DNA from: the human T2T-CHM13v2.0 reference genome, Homo sapiens
Assembly (NCBI RefSeq): GCF_009914755.1
Contig: NC_060941.1
Strand: one strand, 5' to 3'
Length of the DNA stretch: 64,000 bases
Shown: piece by piece, positions 30,511-44,579 of the stretch
Layout of the letters: each line of letters starts with the position of its first letter
Numbering within the stretch: position 1 is the first letter of the stretch
Program-made: the position numbers and the translations under genes
Notes under the pieces: model-generated
Databases searched by the model: none
Seen by the model: the letters and a program-made list of their open reading frames with translations, nothing else
What the model was told of the DNA's origin: nothing

Positions 30511-31427
30511 AGACATTTACTTTCAACATAAGTGCTAATATATTTGGCTTTATGTTTACTCTCTTACTATTTTTTAAAATTTTTCTTACATGTATAATGT
30601 TTCATTTTATCTCATCTCCTGGCTTTTCTTGGATGAAATATTTTATTGCTTTATTTCTTCTTGTTATTTATACATCTCACTGCTATTTATACTAAATAAT
30701 TTACTATTAATTTGTGCTTCTCTGAGATGTTACAGCAATCACTTTTGACTTATTATAATTTAATACAAGTGAATAAATTTTCTAGGACCTTAGAGCACTT
30801 TAACTCTTTCTACCTTCCTTTTGCCTTTTTGTTATTGTCGTCATGCATTTTAATTCTACAAATATTTGTAGTGTTATTCTTTAAGATGGTAATATCTGTC
30901 TGGATTTACTTAGATATTAACCCTTTCTATCATTCTGTAATCCACGCTTCATGTTCATATTTCCATCTGGGCTTAATTTTCTTACCGCTTTAGTATTTCT
31001 TCTTATGCTTGAATATACTCCCCTTAGTATTTCTCTTAGAGTGAGTATAGTGGCTACAAATTATCTCAGTTTCTGTTTTTCTGGAAATGTCTTTATTTCA
31101 CTATTACTTTTGAAGGACATTTTTACTGATTATAGGATAAACTGACAGTCATATTTTAAATATTTAAAGTCTGTCATTTTGTTCTGTCCTGGCTTACATG
31201 TTTCTGTGAGAAATCAGTGGTAAATCTTACTATTGATCCTTTAAAGTATTATATCTTTTATTTTATGTGGTTTGCTTTTATTAATTTGGTCTTTATATCT
31301 TAGTATTTTTACTCTGTTATAACTAGGAATTACTTATTTGTATTTATCTTGCTTGTTACTTATAGCTACCCTTGTATTCAATATATTAATGTCTTCTCAT
31401 CAGTTTTTGAAGACTTTTGGTCATTAT

Positions 31428-31476
31428 ATTTAAATATAATGCATTTAAATATAATGCATTTAAATATAATGCATTT
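31428..31476. repeat. Perfect 15-bp minisatellite (atttaaatataatgc)x3.3
   Basis: Read directly from the sequence. Confidence 0.95.
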
Positions 31477-32894
31477 GCTATCTCATCCCATTCTGGAACT
31501 GCTCTGTTTCATAAACTTATTATACTCTCTTTTTGGTATTTTCTATTCTGTTTGGTCCCTGTTCTTCAGCATGAATATTTCCTTCTGATCTATCTCTTAC
31601 TTCACTAAATGTCTCTTTCACTATATTCAATCTGTAGTAAAATCCATCCATTCAATTCTTAATTAATTCTAGTTAATTTATTTTTTATTTTGAGAGTTTC
31701 AATTTGATTATATTTATAGAGCCCAGTTCTCTGTGTAATACTACTTCTTGTCATCTATTTTATTGTTGATATTAATCACAATTTTAAAATCTCTGATAAT
31801 TCCATCCATAGGTCTGTTTCTAATGTGTGTTTTTTTCTTTTTTTCCTCTTCTTTGGTATGCTATTCATTTTTGACTGAAAAAAAAAAAAATAAAACCCTA
31901 TCTATCTATAGTTTGCTCCTGCCTAGGATGTGTCTCTCTAGGACCCTAAAATGATGGCCTCTGGTATTTTTAAGGGCTCTTATTTCTTGGAAGGTCTAAT
32001 ACCTCATTTGTCTCTGCTAAGCTCTTTGAGGTTGCTTAAAATTTTGCTTTACTTTTAAGCAGCTTTCTGCTTAACTTCTTAACTTTTATCCCTAAATAGC
32101 TTAAGAAATAGGTAAATAGGTTAAGTGGAAAAGAACTGTTAGCCTTTTTTCCTTAGTCCTTTTTTTTTTTTTTTTTTTCTGTCTAGGGTACTAGCCCATC
32201 AGGTCCTGGCTGTCTTTGAAAATCCAGACTCCAATTCCCATCTTCACATCCCTATCTTATAGCTAAAAATTCTGCTGACTTCTCTATTTAAGAAGGACAT
32301 TGATATGGCCACAAATAGGCAAATATCCCAAGAAGAAAATTAGTATGCAGACTGTTAGCCCACCTCTGTGTGACTTTCCTCCTTCAAAAATCTTAACTTC
32401 TCAAGTCCTTATTACCTTGGCATGTCCTTATCACATTCAGCTCTGTGTGTGTGTGTGTGTGTTGATTTGTTTGTAATTTTTATCTCAACTTTCTAGTTTA
32501 TTTTGATGAGAGCCTCAGTCTGCTACACAATCCTCCATTATAGCAGCAAATTGGTATATCTGAGTATATTTCAAAAATAAAGCTGGTAATATGGGTTGAC
32601 AGAATAGATGTGGGGTATGGAAGATAGTGTATTATCAAAAATAATTTCTAATTAATTGTCCAGAGCTACTAATCAGAATAATAATGTTTATATTAACTGA
32701 AGTGAGAATGATTGTTACTGTTCATTTTTCATAGCCCAAATCAATGTCAGCCTGCTAAATGATCTCAGGATACCTCTGATTATAATAGTATCTCTGCCCA
32801 CATTTTGTTTTTTTCTTTACAGTACTTGGTAGTGGTTACCTCATGCTGTTTTTGAATGGGAGCTCGTGTATTATAGTTTTTTTTCCCTAGATTC

Positions 32895-33065
32895 TCATCT
32901 ACTACATGAATGACTTGAATAACTTATTTATCATCTCTGAAGTTCCCCCACGTGAAAATGGGCAAAATAATATTAACTATTCACAGTGTTGTTGTAAAGT
33001 TTGAGTGGGACAATTCATACTGAAGTATCTGATAAAATTCCTGAGAAGCAACAATAAATAAACAT
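32895..33065 (+). mobile_element. MIR
   Basis: tgacttgaataacttatttatcatctctgaagttcccc...gaaaatgggcaaaataata. Confidence 0.65.
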
Positions 33066-33236
33066 GTAATAGCTACAAAGCATAATGATTATCATTATAA
33101 TCTGCTTTATCTTCCAATTTAGAATATAATATTCTGAGGACTCTTTTTCCATATTAAACAGCCATGTATTTGGGTTGACTCTCTGCTCATAACCAGCCAA
33201 ACTCACCCAATAGTTGTATTCCTGCTGCGTCATTGA

Positions 33237-33609
<373 letters not shown>

Positions 33610-33750
33610 TCTTCTTTCTCTTTCTCTTTCCTCCTTCCCCATCTCCTCCTCCTCCTCCTGCCCATCCTCTTCTTCTTCTTCCTCTTCCTCTTTCATCTTC
33701 CATCTTCCTCTTTCGTCTTCCTCTTTCTTTCTTCCTTCTTCTTCTTCCCC
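33610..33750. repeat. Polypyrimidine (CTT/CCT) low-complexity tract
   Basis: Almost purine-free on the + strand. Confidence 0.9.
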
Positions 33751-33983
33751 ATGTTATTCCTGTGTCAGGCCTTCCATCAGATCACATATCAGACCTTGAT
33801 TCCCATTCTGCATACTTGGGTTTGCCCCCAAAATTTTCTCTCCCCTATATTAGGTTCTCAGTTCTTTCATATGAATTTTCAACACTCACTTCTCCAGAAT
33901 CTAATTTTCATTCTAAAACTTGTTCATCACTGTCTTTCTTCTTAAGCCTGTGTTTGGATATGTGTGTGAGTGGGAATGTGTGG

Positions 33984-33986
<3 letters not shown>

Positions 33987-34022
<36 letters not shown>
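33987..34022. repeat. (TG)n microsatellite
   Basis: About 18 uninterrupted TG units. Confidence 0.97.
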
Positions 34023-34023
<1 letters not shown>

Positions 34024-34338
34024 ATGCATACTGGTGTGAGTTTTTGGGGTGAGGGGTGAAGGAGGAGATTTTTCACTATCCTACATGGGTTCTTGCAGAT
34101 TTAAATTTTTAATAAATATAGGTCAAATGAATAAATAAGAGCTATTAGCAAGAAATGATAGGCTGTGATATATTTGGACCAGAGCATTTTATAGTCATTT
34201 TCAGTATATATAGTTCTGTGAGTTTAATGTATCTATACTGGACTTTTCTTGTTAAAATAAAATAAATAAATATAATATGTATATTATATTTATTTATAAT
34301 TAAATATAAGTACATATTACATTATATATAAATGTGTA

Positions 34339-34360
34339 TACACACACACACACACACACA
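34339..34360. repeat. (CA)n microsatellite after a TA-rich tract
   Basis: Read directly from the sequence. Confidence 0.95.
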
Positions 34361-35204
34361 GCCTGATAGTGGAGAAATCATGTGGCTCACTGTTTCCAAT
34401 ATAAAGCAAGTAATTCTGGGCCTTCTGTTCCTACTTTTTCAGGTCTGTTTCTCTGTGGTCTAGTGTTTTAAAAGTTACTATGTTGATTCCTAGAGCCTTG
34501 AAATAAAATGCAATTTTGTGTCCTTTGGAGAAGCAGCATAAAATACTTTGTGACATAAAACACAGGAAAATTTCCCCCAAATACTCTTCAAGTATTTCCG
34601 TTCCCACTTGTCTTCTCGAGAGTCACTTATTCCAAATCCTGTTCCCATCTCTCTCATTGCTCCTCATGTCTGCTAGCACTCATCAAACTCTGTCCACTCT
34701 TTCTACACTGCCTTTCTTGTGTAAATAAATGCAGCCCTGGCTTCTCCCAATCAATTAGCTTCATTCTTTGTCTTAATTAGTGTCAATAAATGGACGTGGG
34801 ACCTAGTGATTTCAAAAGGCTCCAGACAGTCTTTAGAAAAGACTATGGAAGAAATGGGGAGGCAAAGTGAGAATATTTTAATATTATTCTAGAATATTTT
34901 AATATTTTAGTATCATTAGTATTTGGGAAGCACTTCTAGCACTTTTATAATTGCATAAAGCTGATATGCATGGTTTGGAAAACCCACTGAGTACTATTTT
35001 GACCCAAGGGCAAATCACTGAATACTACTGTATATAAAAAAATTACAAAGGCTCACACTTAGATATACATAAAGTCTAAATTAATCTTACATATTTATAA
35101 AATTAGACAATATTAATGACACATTTGTATAACGTTCTTTGATGAACATGGGAATAGTAACACCAACCTGATAGAATAAAGTTATAAGATTATATGAGGA
35201 AATT

Positions 35205-35820
35205 AATTCTTCTAACAAACTTTTATAGAGCATTTACTGTGTGCTTACTATCTGAAGATATAAAGATGACTTGGTTATAGCCCTCAAGTAACTTGTAGAA
35301 TATATGGCAATCAAAAAACAGTACAATGTATTAAGGATTATGATTGCATATAAAAGATATAGAAATAATATAAGGTGATTAACTCTCATGGAGGTTTGGG
35401 GATGTTCTAGTGTAGACTTCATGCAAGTGATTACCTGTATCTGGGAGTTTGACATGTAGACAAAGGATGGAGAGGAAATCCAAGCAGAAGACACAGAAAA
35501 TACAGAATTAAATAGAGAGAAACAGCTTGTTTTATTTGGGGACCAGCAAGTGGGTGATATTTTGAGAACTTCAGGTGATACAAGCTGAGCTGGAGGAAAT
35601 TAAGGAGAATGAGGCAGAAGCCAGAACATAAAGGTTGTCTTTGCAACTGAAAGGAATTTTGGCTTCATTACCTACTCAATGGAGAGCTACAGGAAAGCGT
35701 CCTGGTCATTAGAAGTGATAAGATAAGGTTTATATTTTTATAATTATTCCAAGGCCATTTTAATGGATTGCTTGGGTGAAGTCAATGAAATAAGTTACAA
35801 AGTCATTGTAATAATTCAGA
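35205..35820 (-). mobile_element. L2 fragment
   Basis: aacaaacttttatagagcatttactgtgtgc...gccctcaagtaacttgtag (antisense L2 3' end). Confidence 0.65.
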
Positions 35821-36134
35821 AAAGACAAGTGTGAGAGACATACAATGCCTGATATATAGTAGGTGCATGATCAATGATGGCTTCTTTCCTCATTTGACAA
35901 TTCTCTAGGTTAGTGATGGCAGGTGTCATTGTTGCCATTTTACAACTTGAGTAATTTAGTTGCTAGTTTAAGTGACTTTTTCTTCGGGACTCAAATAGTA
36001 AATGGCAGGGCCAGAGCTACTAATTTTACGCTTCTGTTTTCAGGGGGTGTTTCAGTGTCTGAGAACTTTGAGGATACAAATGAAAATATCAAGGTTTTAA
36101 GTATATAGAATATACATTTTCTGTAAATGACTTT

Positions 36135-36437
36135 ATTTTATTTTATTTTATTATTATTATACTTTAAGTTTTAGGGTACATGTGCACAATGTGCAGGTTA
36201 GTTACATATGCATACATGTGCCATGCTGGTGTGCTGCACCCATTAACTCATCATTTAGCATTAGGTATATCTCCTAATGCTATCCCTCCCCCCTCCCCCC
36301 ACCCCACAACAGTCCCCAGAGTGTGATGTTCCCCTTCCTGTGTCCATGTGTTCTCATTGTTCAATTCCCACCTATGAGTGAGAATATGTGGTGTTTGGTT
36401 TTTTGTTCTTGTGATAGTTTACTGAGAATGATGATTT
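36135..36437 (-). mobile_element. 5'-truncated L1PA3-like element (3'UTR only)
   Basis: Near-consensus antisense L1 3'UTR. 13-bp TSD tgtaaatgacttt at 36122-36134 and 36438-36450. Confidence 0.95.
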
Positions 36438-36489
36438 TGTAAATGACTTTCAAAAGCCTGAGTATGAATGAGATTCTTAAGTCCTGTCT

Positions 36490-38620
36490 GTTCAGTCATT
36501 TAACAAATACTTTTGGAAAGTTATTATAATCAGGGAGCTGGGGACACAGTGAAGAAATGGACAAAGATCTTAGTCTATCTGAGCTTAAATTCTGGTAGGT
36601 GAGTGTTTTTAGAGCCCCCAACTAAATTGGGGTTCCAGTACCAGAGCAGCTAGAAAACCTGCTCTAATGGGAAATGATAGGAAGACAGAGGTGGCCGTTT
36701 ACAGTGTGCCTTTCATGGAATACACCTTCTACCTGGCATTAATGCCTGCTTGTCTCACCTGTGATCAGGGGCCCCTCACATAGAAACTTCTTTATACTGG
36801 CAAACATCCTTGTGGCTCTTGTCTGACCCATGCCCAGTTTGTACTTGCCTATCAGTCTGGCACTGGGAGCCTGACCTTGTGTTCTCTCCAGCATTTAAGG
36901 GGACACCTGGCTTAAGGCAGCCCCTGGTTCTTCTGATGGAAGGTGCAAAATTAATACCAACACTATATAAAATACATTCAAGGGTTTATTACTTACAGAC
37001 CTTGGACAGGGAGGGTGCAACGAGTCAAATGGAAAGAGCAGTCCTCCATCCCTGAGTCATGTGAAGCAGAAATAAAGAGGCATAGAGACATAAAGACAGA
37101 CAGAAAGAGACAGAGAGAGAGAAAGAGAGAGAGAAGGGAGGCGGGCAGGTGGGGTAGGGCAGAAAGAAAGGGAACAAGGCAACTAGCAGTATATATATAT
37201 AAGGGAATAGTGTGTTAGTGTGTGGGTTGCTTTACGTTCACAGTCAATGCCTGAGTTGTTTGTTCAAAGGAAGCAGCCAAAAAAAAAAAAAACAAAAAAC
37301 AAAAGAGGGAGCTCAGTGTCTTAGGCAGGAGAGACGCCTCCAAGTTCTTATGTCTTTGTTCATTGGCTTGAGCCTTTTGGGTGTAGTGTCCTCCTTTGAG
37401 TGTCTAGGCAGCACCTTTTGCTTTGGCATTTCCAGTTCAGTGAGTGAGATGCTCAAGAAGCAAATGGATACACTAATCATATAATTACCAAAAATTTTAA
37501 AAAAGATAAATCTATGCAACAAATTGTAAGATGATTAGGGGAAATAAATGATGAAAACCCTATTTGATAAGGTGTTCAGGAAAGACCTGTCTGAAGAAGT
37601 GACATTTCGAATGATCGAAGGAGCACAACTCATGAAGATATAGAAAAAGGTCATCTCAGGAAGGCAAAAGGACCATCAAAGATGAAGGATTATCAAAGAT
37701 AATGACCCTGGGATGAACTATTTTATATAAGTTAAGGATCAGCAAGATGGTCAATGTGGGTGCTGCTGAATCAATAAGATGATACCTGAGAAAGAAGGAG
37801 AACACAATAAAGAGTTTGTACTTTAAGTTATTTTTTCCCTTTCCCCGAGCAAATGGATGAAGAGTGATGCTATCTACTGAAAAAACTTGGGTGAAGCTTC
37901 AGGGCAAAATCAACACGTAAGGTTGAGATACCTATTGGAAACCTAAGTAGAGATACTGAACCACTTGAATAGATTAGTGGCAACTCAGGGAAGAGGGCAA
38001 TGACAGCAATACAAATGCAGAAGGAATCAGCAAACAAAATGTATTTAAAGCTATGAAATCAGGTAAAATTATTTTGTGAATGAGTATATGTAGAAACGAG
38101 GGAAAGGACTGGGGTCTGATAAAGTTTACATTTAGGGAAGAGGAGGAGTTCCTAGCAAGTAAAACTGAGAAGCAGCTAATGAGGAAGGAGAGACACCAAA
38201 AGAAAGGAATTTCCCAGAAACCGAGTGACTAAAGGGTTTAAGAAAGAAGAAATAACCAACTGTGTCAAATGTTTCCAAGAGGTCAAATAAGATGAGGACT
38301 GAACATTGACCAACGGATTTGAGAAGATGAGGGTAATATTAGTTACCTTGACATGTGGCTTTTGCAGAGTGATGGAGATGAAGGCCAAATGGAAGTGGGT
38401 TACTAGAAAAAGGGAAGTACAGAAGTGAACAGCATGATGGCACATATCCTGTCCAGGAGTTTACTATACAGGGCATCTGCGAAGTAGAACTGTAGCTAGA
38501 GGGGGTCATAGGGTACTAGAGGAGAGATTTAGAAATGAGAGTTATTACAGACTACTCATGTGATAATGAGAACAATGCAGTAGAGAGACAAAATGATGTG
38601 CCAAAGAGTGTGGGCAAGGA
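36490..38620 (-). mobile_element. L2a-like element split by an LTR (pieces ~36490-36603 and ~37450-38620)
   Basis: ttcagtcatttaacaaatac (antisense 3' end); tcaggaaagacctgtctgaagaagtgacattt; aaccaactgtgtcaaatgtttccaagaggtcaaataagatgaggactga. Confidence 0.8.
36604..37450 (-). mobile_element. MER74/MER73-like ERVL solo LTR
   Basis: gagcctgaccttgtgttctc...gcccctggttcttctgatggaaggtgcaaa...tttattacttacaga...(GA)n. Confidence 0.65.
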
Positions 38621-38704
38621 ATGTCCTACAGGATAAACTCATGCTGACCCAAGAAGTGACTTAAGCCTGTGAGCAAACTCAGTGAGGAGAAAACCAGCAC
38701 CACT

Positions 38705-38960
38705 AATATTTATTGCAAGCATTCCACTATTTATTGCAAGCATTGAACTATCATGTGCAAGCATTCCATTAAGCTCTTCCCTTTGTAACACTTACAGCAC
38801 AACTCCATAGTATAGGTATTATTATTTCTTCCAATTTATAGGTGAAGGAAGTGTATCTGGGAGGGTTCCAATAACTTGCCCAAAGTAACAACAATAATAA
38901 ATGGTAGAACTTAATTTCAAACCTGAGTCTGTCAGCTTGTGCATTTAATTACTCTCCTGT
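38705..38960 (-). mobile_element. MIR
   Basis: taggtattattatttcttccaatttataggtgaaggaagt...taacttgcccaaagt. Confidence 0.75.
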
Positions 38961-41687
38961 GTAGGAGCCAGAATTTCTGTCCAGCTCAGTGTGGAATACT
39001 TCTATGCAATCAGAAATTATATTTCCTACTCCTTGCTGCTGCCTAAAATTTTTATTAAAAAGATCAATGCCTTAGTAATAGTCTCATATCTCACAGTTTC
39101 GGTTAACACTAACATCAGAGTTTCAAGATGCCTAGAAACTCAACCTAAAAGTTACTATTTCATATAAATTTTCCTGAGGACAGGTTATTTGAGCATGCAC
39201 CATGCAGTAGACATTTTATCATTTTGCCTGCACTTCCTCAATTTAATTAAAAAATTCTAATGAGCTATATTGAACTAAACACTGAGCTAGTTGGTGGGCA
39301 TATGTAAATATAGAAGATGAAGTTTCTGCCCCCAGATGTTTCAAGCAGGAGGCATATTCTGGGTGGATAGTGTCTTCTCTACGGTAATTCTCTCAACAGA
39401 ATTGAGTTGGGATCTTTTAGGTCCCCACATGATTTATTACCAGCACAAATATAAGCAAAGTCTTAGATTTAGGGAACAGAGAGAAAGGAGATAGACAGCC
39501 AATCTGTCAGAAAACTTTTTTTTTCAAAAAGAAAGATGATTGTTTGATTTTCTATCCATCCCAAAAAGAATGTGGGGAAGTTTGTAAAGATACAGAATAT
39601 GAGTTAACATCATTAAGGACACAAATTAAAGAAAAGAAAAATAAGATAACATCAGGTCAAGGGTAGGGACTGAATACCTCCCATGAGTTGACAAGATTTA
39701 GCCAGAGGTGGGGAAAGAATCCACATATAAATACAGTGCAGATGCTCTCTAACTGGATGGAAATGGAATAATTATGTTAATTTGTCCCTTTTTATACTCA
39801 GAGATGGCTTTTAATTCTTTTCAAGGATTCAGAATTAGAATATGTCCACATTATTTGGCCCTTGCCTCAATCTCTCCTTTCAGGACAAAACAACCCTCTA
39901 GTGTGACCTTCACGCAGTATAGATTACTCTCCTGAAGATCAGGTTAGCAGGTTGTCTTGCTTTTACACCATTCACATGTGCCCACCTGGCTGTTGGGCAG
40001 ATGTTCTCCTGTAGGGTACAAAAATCTCCCAACATTAAGTTTTAATTGCATCTCCATAATTGTTGTTTAAATGTTGGCATTCATTTTATGAGCTGATTTT
40101 TCTATGCTAATCAGTGCTCAATTCAAATCAGAACAAACAAACAATCACAACAACAAGAAAAACAAGACCTCTTCTATATTTATAGCTGGTGACTAAAATA
40201 GTACCATAAATCCTGACTGTGACTGACTAATTGCTTGAAATCTAACACAGGACCAACAGAGACTCTCTCTCTCTTTGCACAGCTTTCATTGCTTAAACAA
40301 AAGCTACTCTGATTTGTTTGGGAATCAATTTGATTTGAGAAGGCACTGGGGCTCTGTCAGTAAGCAACGAACAAAGTACAATTTCCTTTTAATGGAATTG
40401 GGATTATGCTTTGAGGACATTGCTTTTTCCCTTCTTAAGGGAATCGGGAGAATGAAGTTGGGAACTCTTTGCCAGTGGCAAAACATAGGAGCCAGTTGAT
40501 CAGAACCTCTGGTGCTTTTTTTCAAACTGCTTGGGCAATAGAAATGAGAGAAAGATTCCCAGTTCTCAAGAATGTGATTAATGAAAGCATTAGAGAGATC
40601 ATTTAATGGCATGGAGTGGGTTTGAAAATTTGGTGTCAAATGGTTTGGTTCTGATATAGATTTAGCACGGATATGGATCTAACCAAAACTGTTATGTGAT
40701 TTTGTTTAACCCCAGGTGTGTTCCAAATCTTAAATTATTTTTGCAGTAAAAACTTGATATAAGTAATTCATTTTCTATAGGGTCATTTTAGGGATTAAGT
40801 GGGAAAATATGTTTTAAAATTTTGTAGATGATTAAGAGCTAAATAACAAGAAAACATTGTATCTTAAAATATTGTTTTTGGTTGATACATTCTAGAATCT
40901 TCTGAACTCTCTACTCCAATTTTTGATAGAAATAGGTGGGTATCTGAATTCTATGGTTTAGAACAAATAGAAATTTCTGCTATTTTTGGCTTCAGGTTTA
41001 TTACTCAATAAATTATGGATTTGCTATGGTCTTAAAGTTAGAAAAATTTAATCAGTGTAAAACACCAATTCCAAAGACAGTTATTTTCAAGCTCTTTTCC
41101 CATTTGGTTGACAGGAACCCAATTCTTGAAGAGGTTTTTCATTTCAGCATCAGGTCCTCTAATAATTAAAGTGATGCTTTTGCAGCAGATCTTCCTTCAC
41201 ACCCAAGTACATTACCGGATTTTAGCACCAATCAAATAATGAGTCAAAAGAATATTAGATGTATTTCTGATTGTCCTAGTATGGGTTACAATTTGTTATC
41301 TTGATAAGAAGGCCTGGAGACAGAAGAGGAGAATAGAACTTTAGTTACAAATGTCCCTATTGCTAAGATGGCTGCTGTGATTTAAAAAAAAGTCCTGGTC
41401 TTAGGCTGCTGAAATGTGCCAATCTTTTTAGGTTCAGCATTTATAGGGCCGTTTCTCCACCCATGATTTCTGGTTCAACATTGACTGCTTCGTGATATCT
41501 GTTCTCAGCAGTATGTGGTTTTGTTCCTTTAATGGGAATCTAGACAATTCTTTTTATAGCAATTCAAGTAAGCTCAGATATTACAGACACTTAGTCCTCA
41601 GCAATATAAGCTCAGCAATATAAAATCCAGACAGTAAGGGTAGAAGCAGGGAGAACAGATAGGAGGTGATTGAAATTATCAAAAATC

Positions 41688-41848
41688 TATGGCAGAGCTT
41701 CTCAAATTTTAACATGCAAAGGAATTATAGAGAAACTTGTGAAACTGTAGAACGTAGTGGGGTGAGCCTTGAGATTATGCATTTCTATGAGCTCCAAGAT
41801 GATGCTGACACTGTTGGTTCATGGAACACACTTTGGGTAGCAAGGATC
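41688..41848. mobile_element. MER5A-like hAT-Charlie MITE
   Basis: cagagcttctcaaatttt...gagattatgcatttcta...acactttgggtagca. Confidence 0.75.
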
Positions 41849-41909
41849 TATGGTGTGCGTATGCTTTTTTTCTGCTCCTGTGCCTTTCTCCTTTGACTTG
41901 ACACTTTAG

Positions 41910-42410
<501 letters not shown>

Positions 42411-43004
42411 TGGTTTTAGTTTATCTGGCTTCACCATTTGATGCCACTTTCAGGTCTCTGTTGGATCCATGCTTCACAGCATGCAAACAAGTTGTTACCC
42501 ATCCAAGTAAGCCAGAACTTTGCTGCAGTACTATGCTGCAGACCTGACTTGTCCAGCAAAGAAATTACAGCAGATGGCCACTATCTCTCCACTGGGGGAC
42601 CTTAACTCATCATGTTCCCACAGAATCTTTTTTCTTCCTTAAATTTTGCCATTTTTTTTCCAATATATCTATGTCTCCCTTATTTTGCAACTCAAGGAAG
42701 GGGCTGTGTCATATCCATTTTTATTTTATCAGTATAATGCCTGGCATAAACTAGCAATCTGTACAGATGCACAGAATAAATGAAATGGATTGTTTTAGTG
42801 TGCTTGGTGGGCTTTCAGAACTTAAAATTCTTAAGTGAGGCATTAATATATGGAATGTGGATGATATGCATAGCTGCCTCCATTTCCCAAATATAGGCAA
42901 GAAAAACCTAGTTAAAAAAAAAAACAGACCAAAATAAACATTAGTTTATGTCACACAGAATTGTCCTACTGAAAATTTCAGAATAATGTTACTCATATCA
43001 TAAT

Positions 43005-43320
43005 TTCTAACACTTATTTATTGAGCTTACTATCATATTACTGGATACTTTAAAAAAGTATATATATATATATGTATGTATATATGTGCATATATATGTA
43101 TGTATAGATGTATATATGTGCATATACACATATATGTGTGTGTAATATTTAAGCCTCAAAATGACCATGAACAGTACATGCTATTATAACTCCCCTTTTT
43201 CTGGAAAGATAATTCTGGCATGAAGAGGTTACATTTGGTTTGAATCCCATAGTAAGTGGCAGAACTGGGATTTAAACTAAGCAGTTTGTGTCCAGAGACT
43301 GTATCCTAACCACTACACTA
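43005..43320 (-). mobile_element. MIR with an internal (TA/TG)n microsatellite at ~43059-43143
   Basis: ctaacacttatttattgagcttacta...agtaagtggcagaactgggatttaaact. Confidence 0.7.
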
Positions 43321-43387
43321 CACTACACTTTCTGCATACCCCACAGGCCACTGATGACCTGTCCAGTTCTAAAGCAAGTGAGGCTAT

Positions 43388-44353
43388 TGAAGCTGGCATT
43401 TCCCTGATCCCTTCATGGGACTCATAAAGGGGATGCCCTGTTTACTGAGCCCACAGCTCTCGACTCCTTGCAGGAGGTAGCACGTGAGCAAATGAGGTGA
43501 GTACTGGGGCATACAAGTGCTGGAGTGAGCTGGCCATGCTGGCACTGGCAGGAGTGAACTCCTCTCACTTGGACTCATTACGTTCCATCCCTCATGAGAA
43601 GGGGGGGCACGCAGGTGAGCAGGTGCAGGAGCTTGGGCGAGTGCTTTTTGGCACCAGCAGGAGCCAATTCTGTGCTGGGCCTGTGACAGCATCTTGCAGG
43701 GGGTGTCTCCAACTCCCTGAAGCCCCAGAAGCAGTGTTACAGTGCTCTTGTCATTCTGCCATCTGCAGATGGCTTAGGCATTAACAGCTCAGTGGACCCT
43801 CTTCCTTTTCATGTGAGGTGACTGCCTTCTGCCAGTGAGGGCAAAGCGTCATTTACATCCACGCTCATGGCTCTTGAGTTCTTGTTGGGCATCCAGAAGG
43901 AATGAGGTCACGTGAACAAATTGAAGGATGGTAAATGTGGGGGATTTTACTGCTGATGGAGGTGGCTGTCAGTGGGAAAGGGAGCTGAAAAGGGGATGGG
44001 GCGGGAAGGTAATCTTCCCCTAAAGTCCAACTATCTCTGACTGGATTCTTATCCAAAGTTATGCCATGAAGCTGTCCCGCTGAAGTAAAGCTGCTACTCT
44101 CCAGTATCCAACCGTAGTCTTCAATGTTTAGCTGCTTCTCCTCTCTGCCAGATGCGTCTGGGGTTCTTATAGGCACAGGATGGGGTTGGGTGGGGCCATG
44201 GGTGGTTTTGGAAAAAGCAACATTCAAGTGGGAAAACAAGGATATAAGTTCTCACTTTGGGCCATGGTCTCAGGCTTGTCAGCTTAAGGATGGAGCCCTT
44301 GCCAGGGATCCGCCCTCTTCTGCCCAGAATTTTCCTGCCTCCTGTCCCTACCA
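43388..44353 (-). mobile_element. LTR28/LTR1-family ERV1 solo LTR
   Basis: Reverse strand begins tggtagggacaggaggcaggaaaattctgggcagaagagggcgg. Perfect 4-bp TSD ctat at 43384-43387 and 44354-44357. Confidence 0.88.
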
Positions 44354-44579
44354 CTATCACCCTTATATTAAAACACATGCTCCTGTTTTGTTTGTTTTTG
44401 ATATTTACTGGTTATATCTCATGTTATGCTCATAATCAACTTTCATCTTAATTTTTTAATGCCACAAAATCCCTTCAATTATGTTCTTGTATATTTAATT
44501 ACTCTCTATAATCTTAATTTTTACATCAGCTTATAAATAACCTTAAAGCTCTAGAATTAAAAAATCAAGCAAATAAAAA

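Larger units (their letters stand above)
28130..32530 (-). mobile_element. Long ancient L1M element, highly degraded, with nested insertions
   Basis: T-rich antisense L1 motifs throughout, e.g. ttgaagataatgtatcctcttattgtgggg and tctggaaatgtctttatttcactattacttttgaaggacattttt. Confidence 0.7.

Noticed and set aside
31428-31476. CRISPR-like array
   Set aside because: The units are directly adjacent with no spacers, and the context is mammalian.
28575-31954. Many hydrophobic, membrane-protein-like ORFs
   Set aside because: These are an artefact of T-rich antisense L1M sequence.
43384-44451. Cluster of 85-124-aa ORFs on both strands
   Set aside because: They lie in or start within a GC-rich ERV1 solo LTR, where stop codons are scarce.
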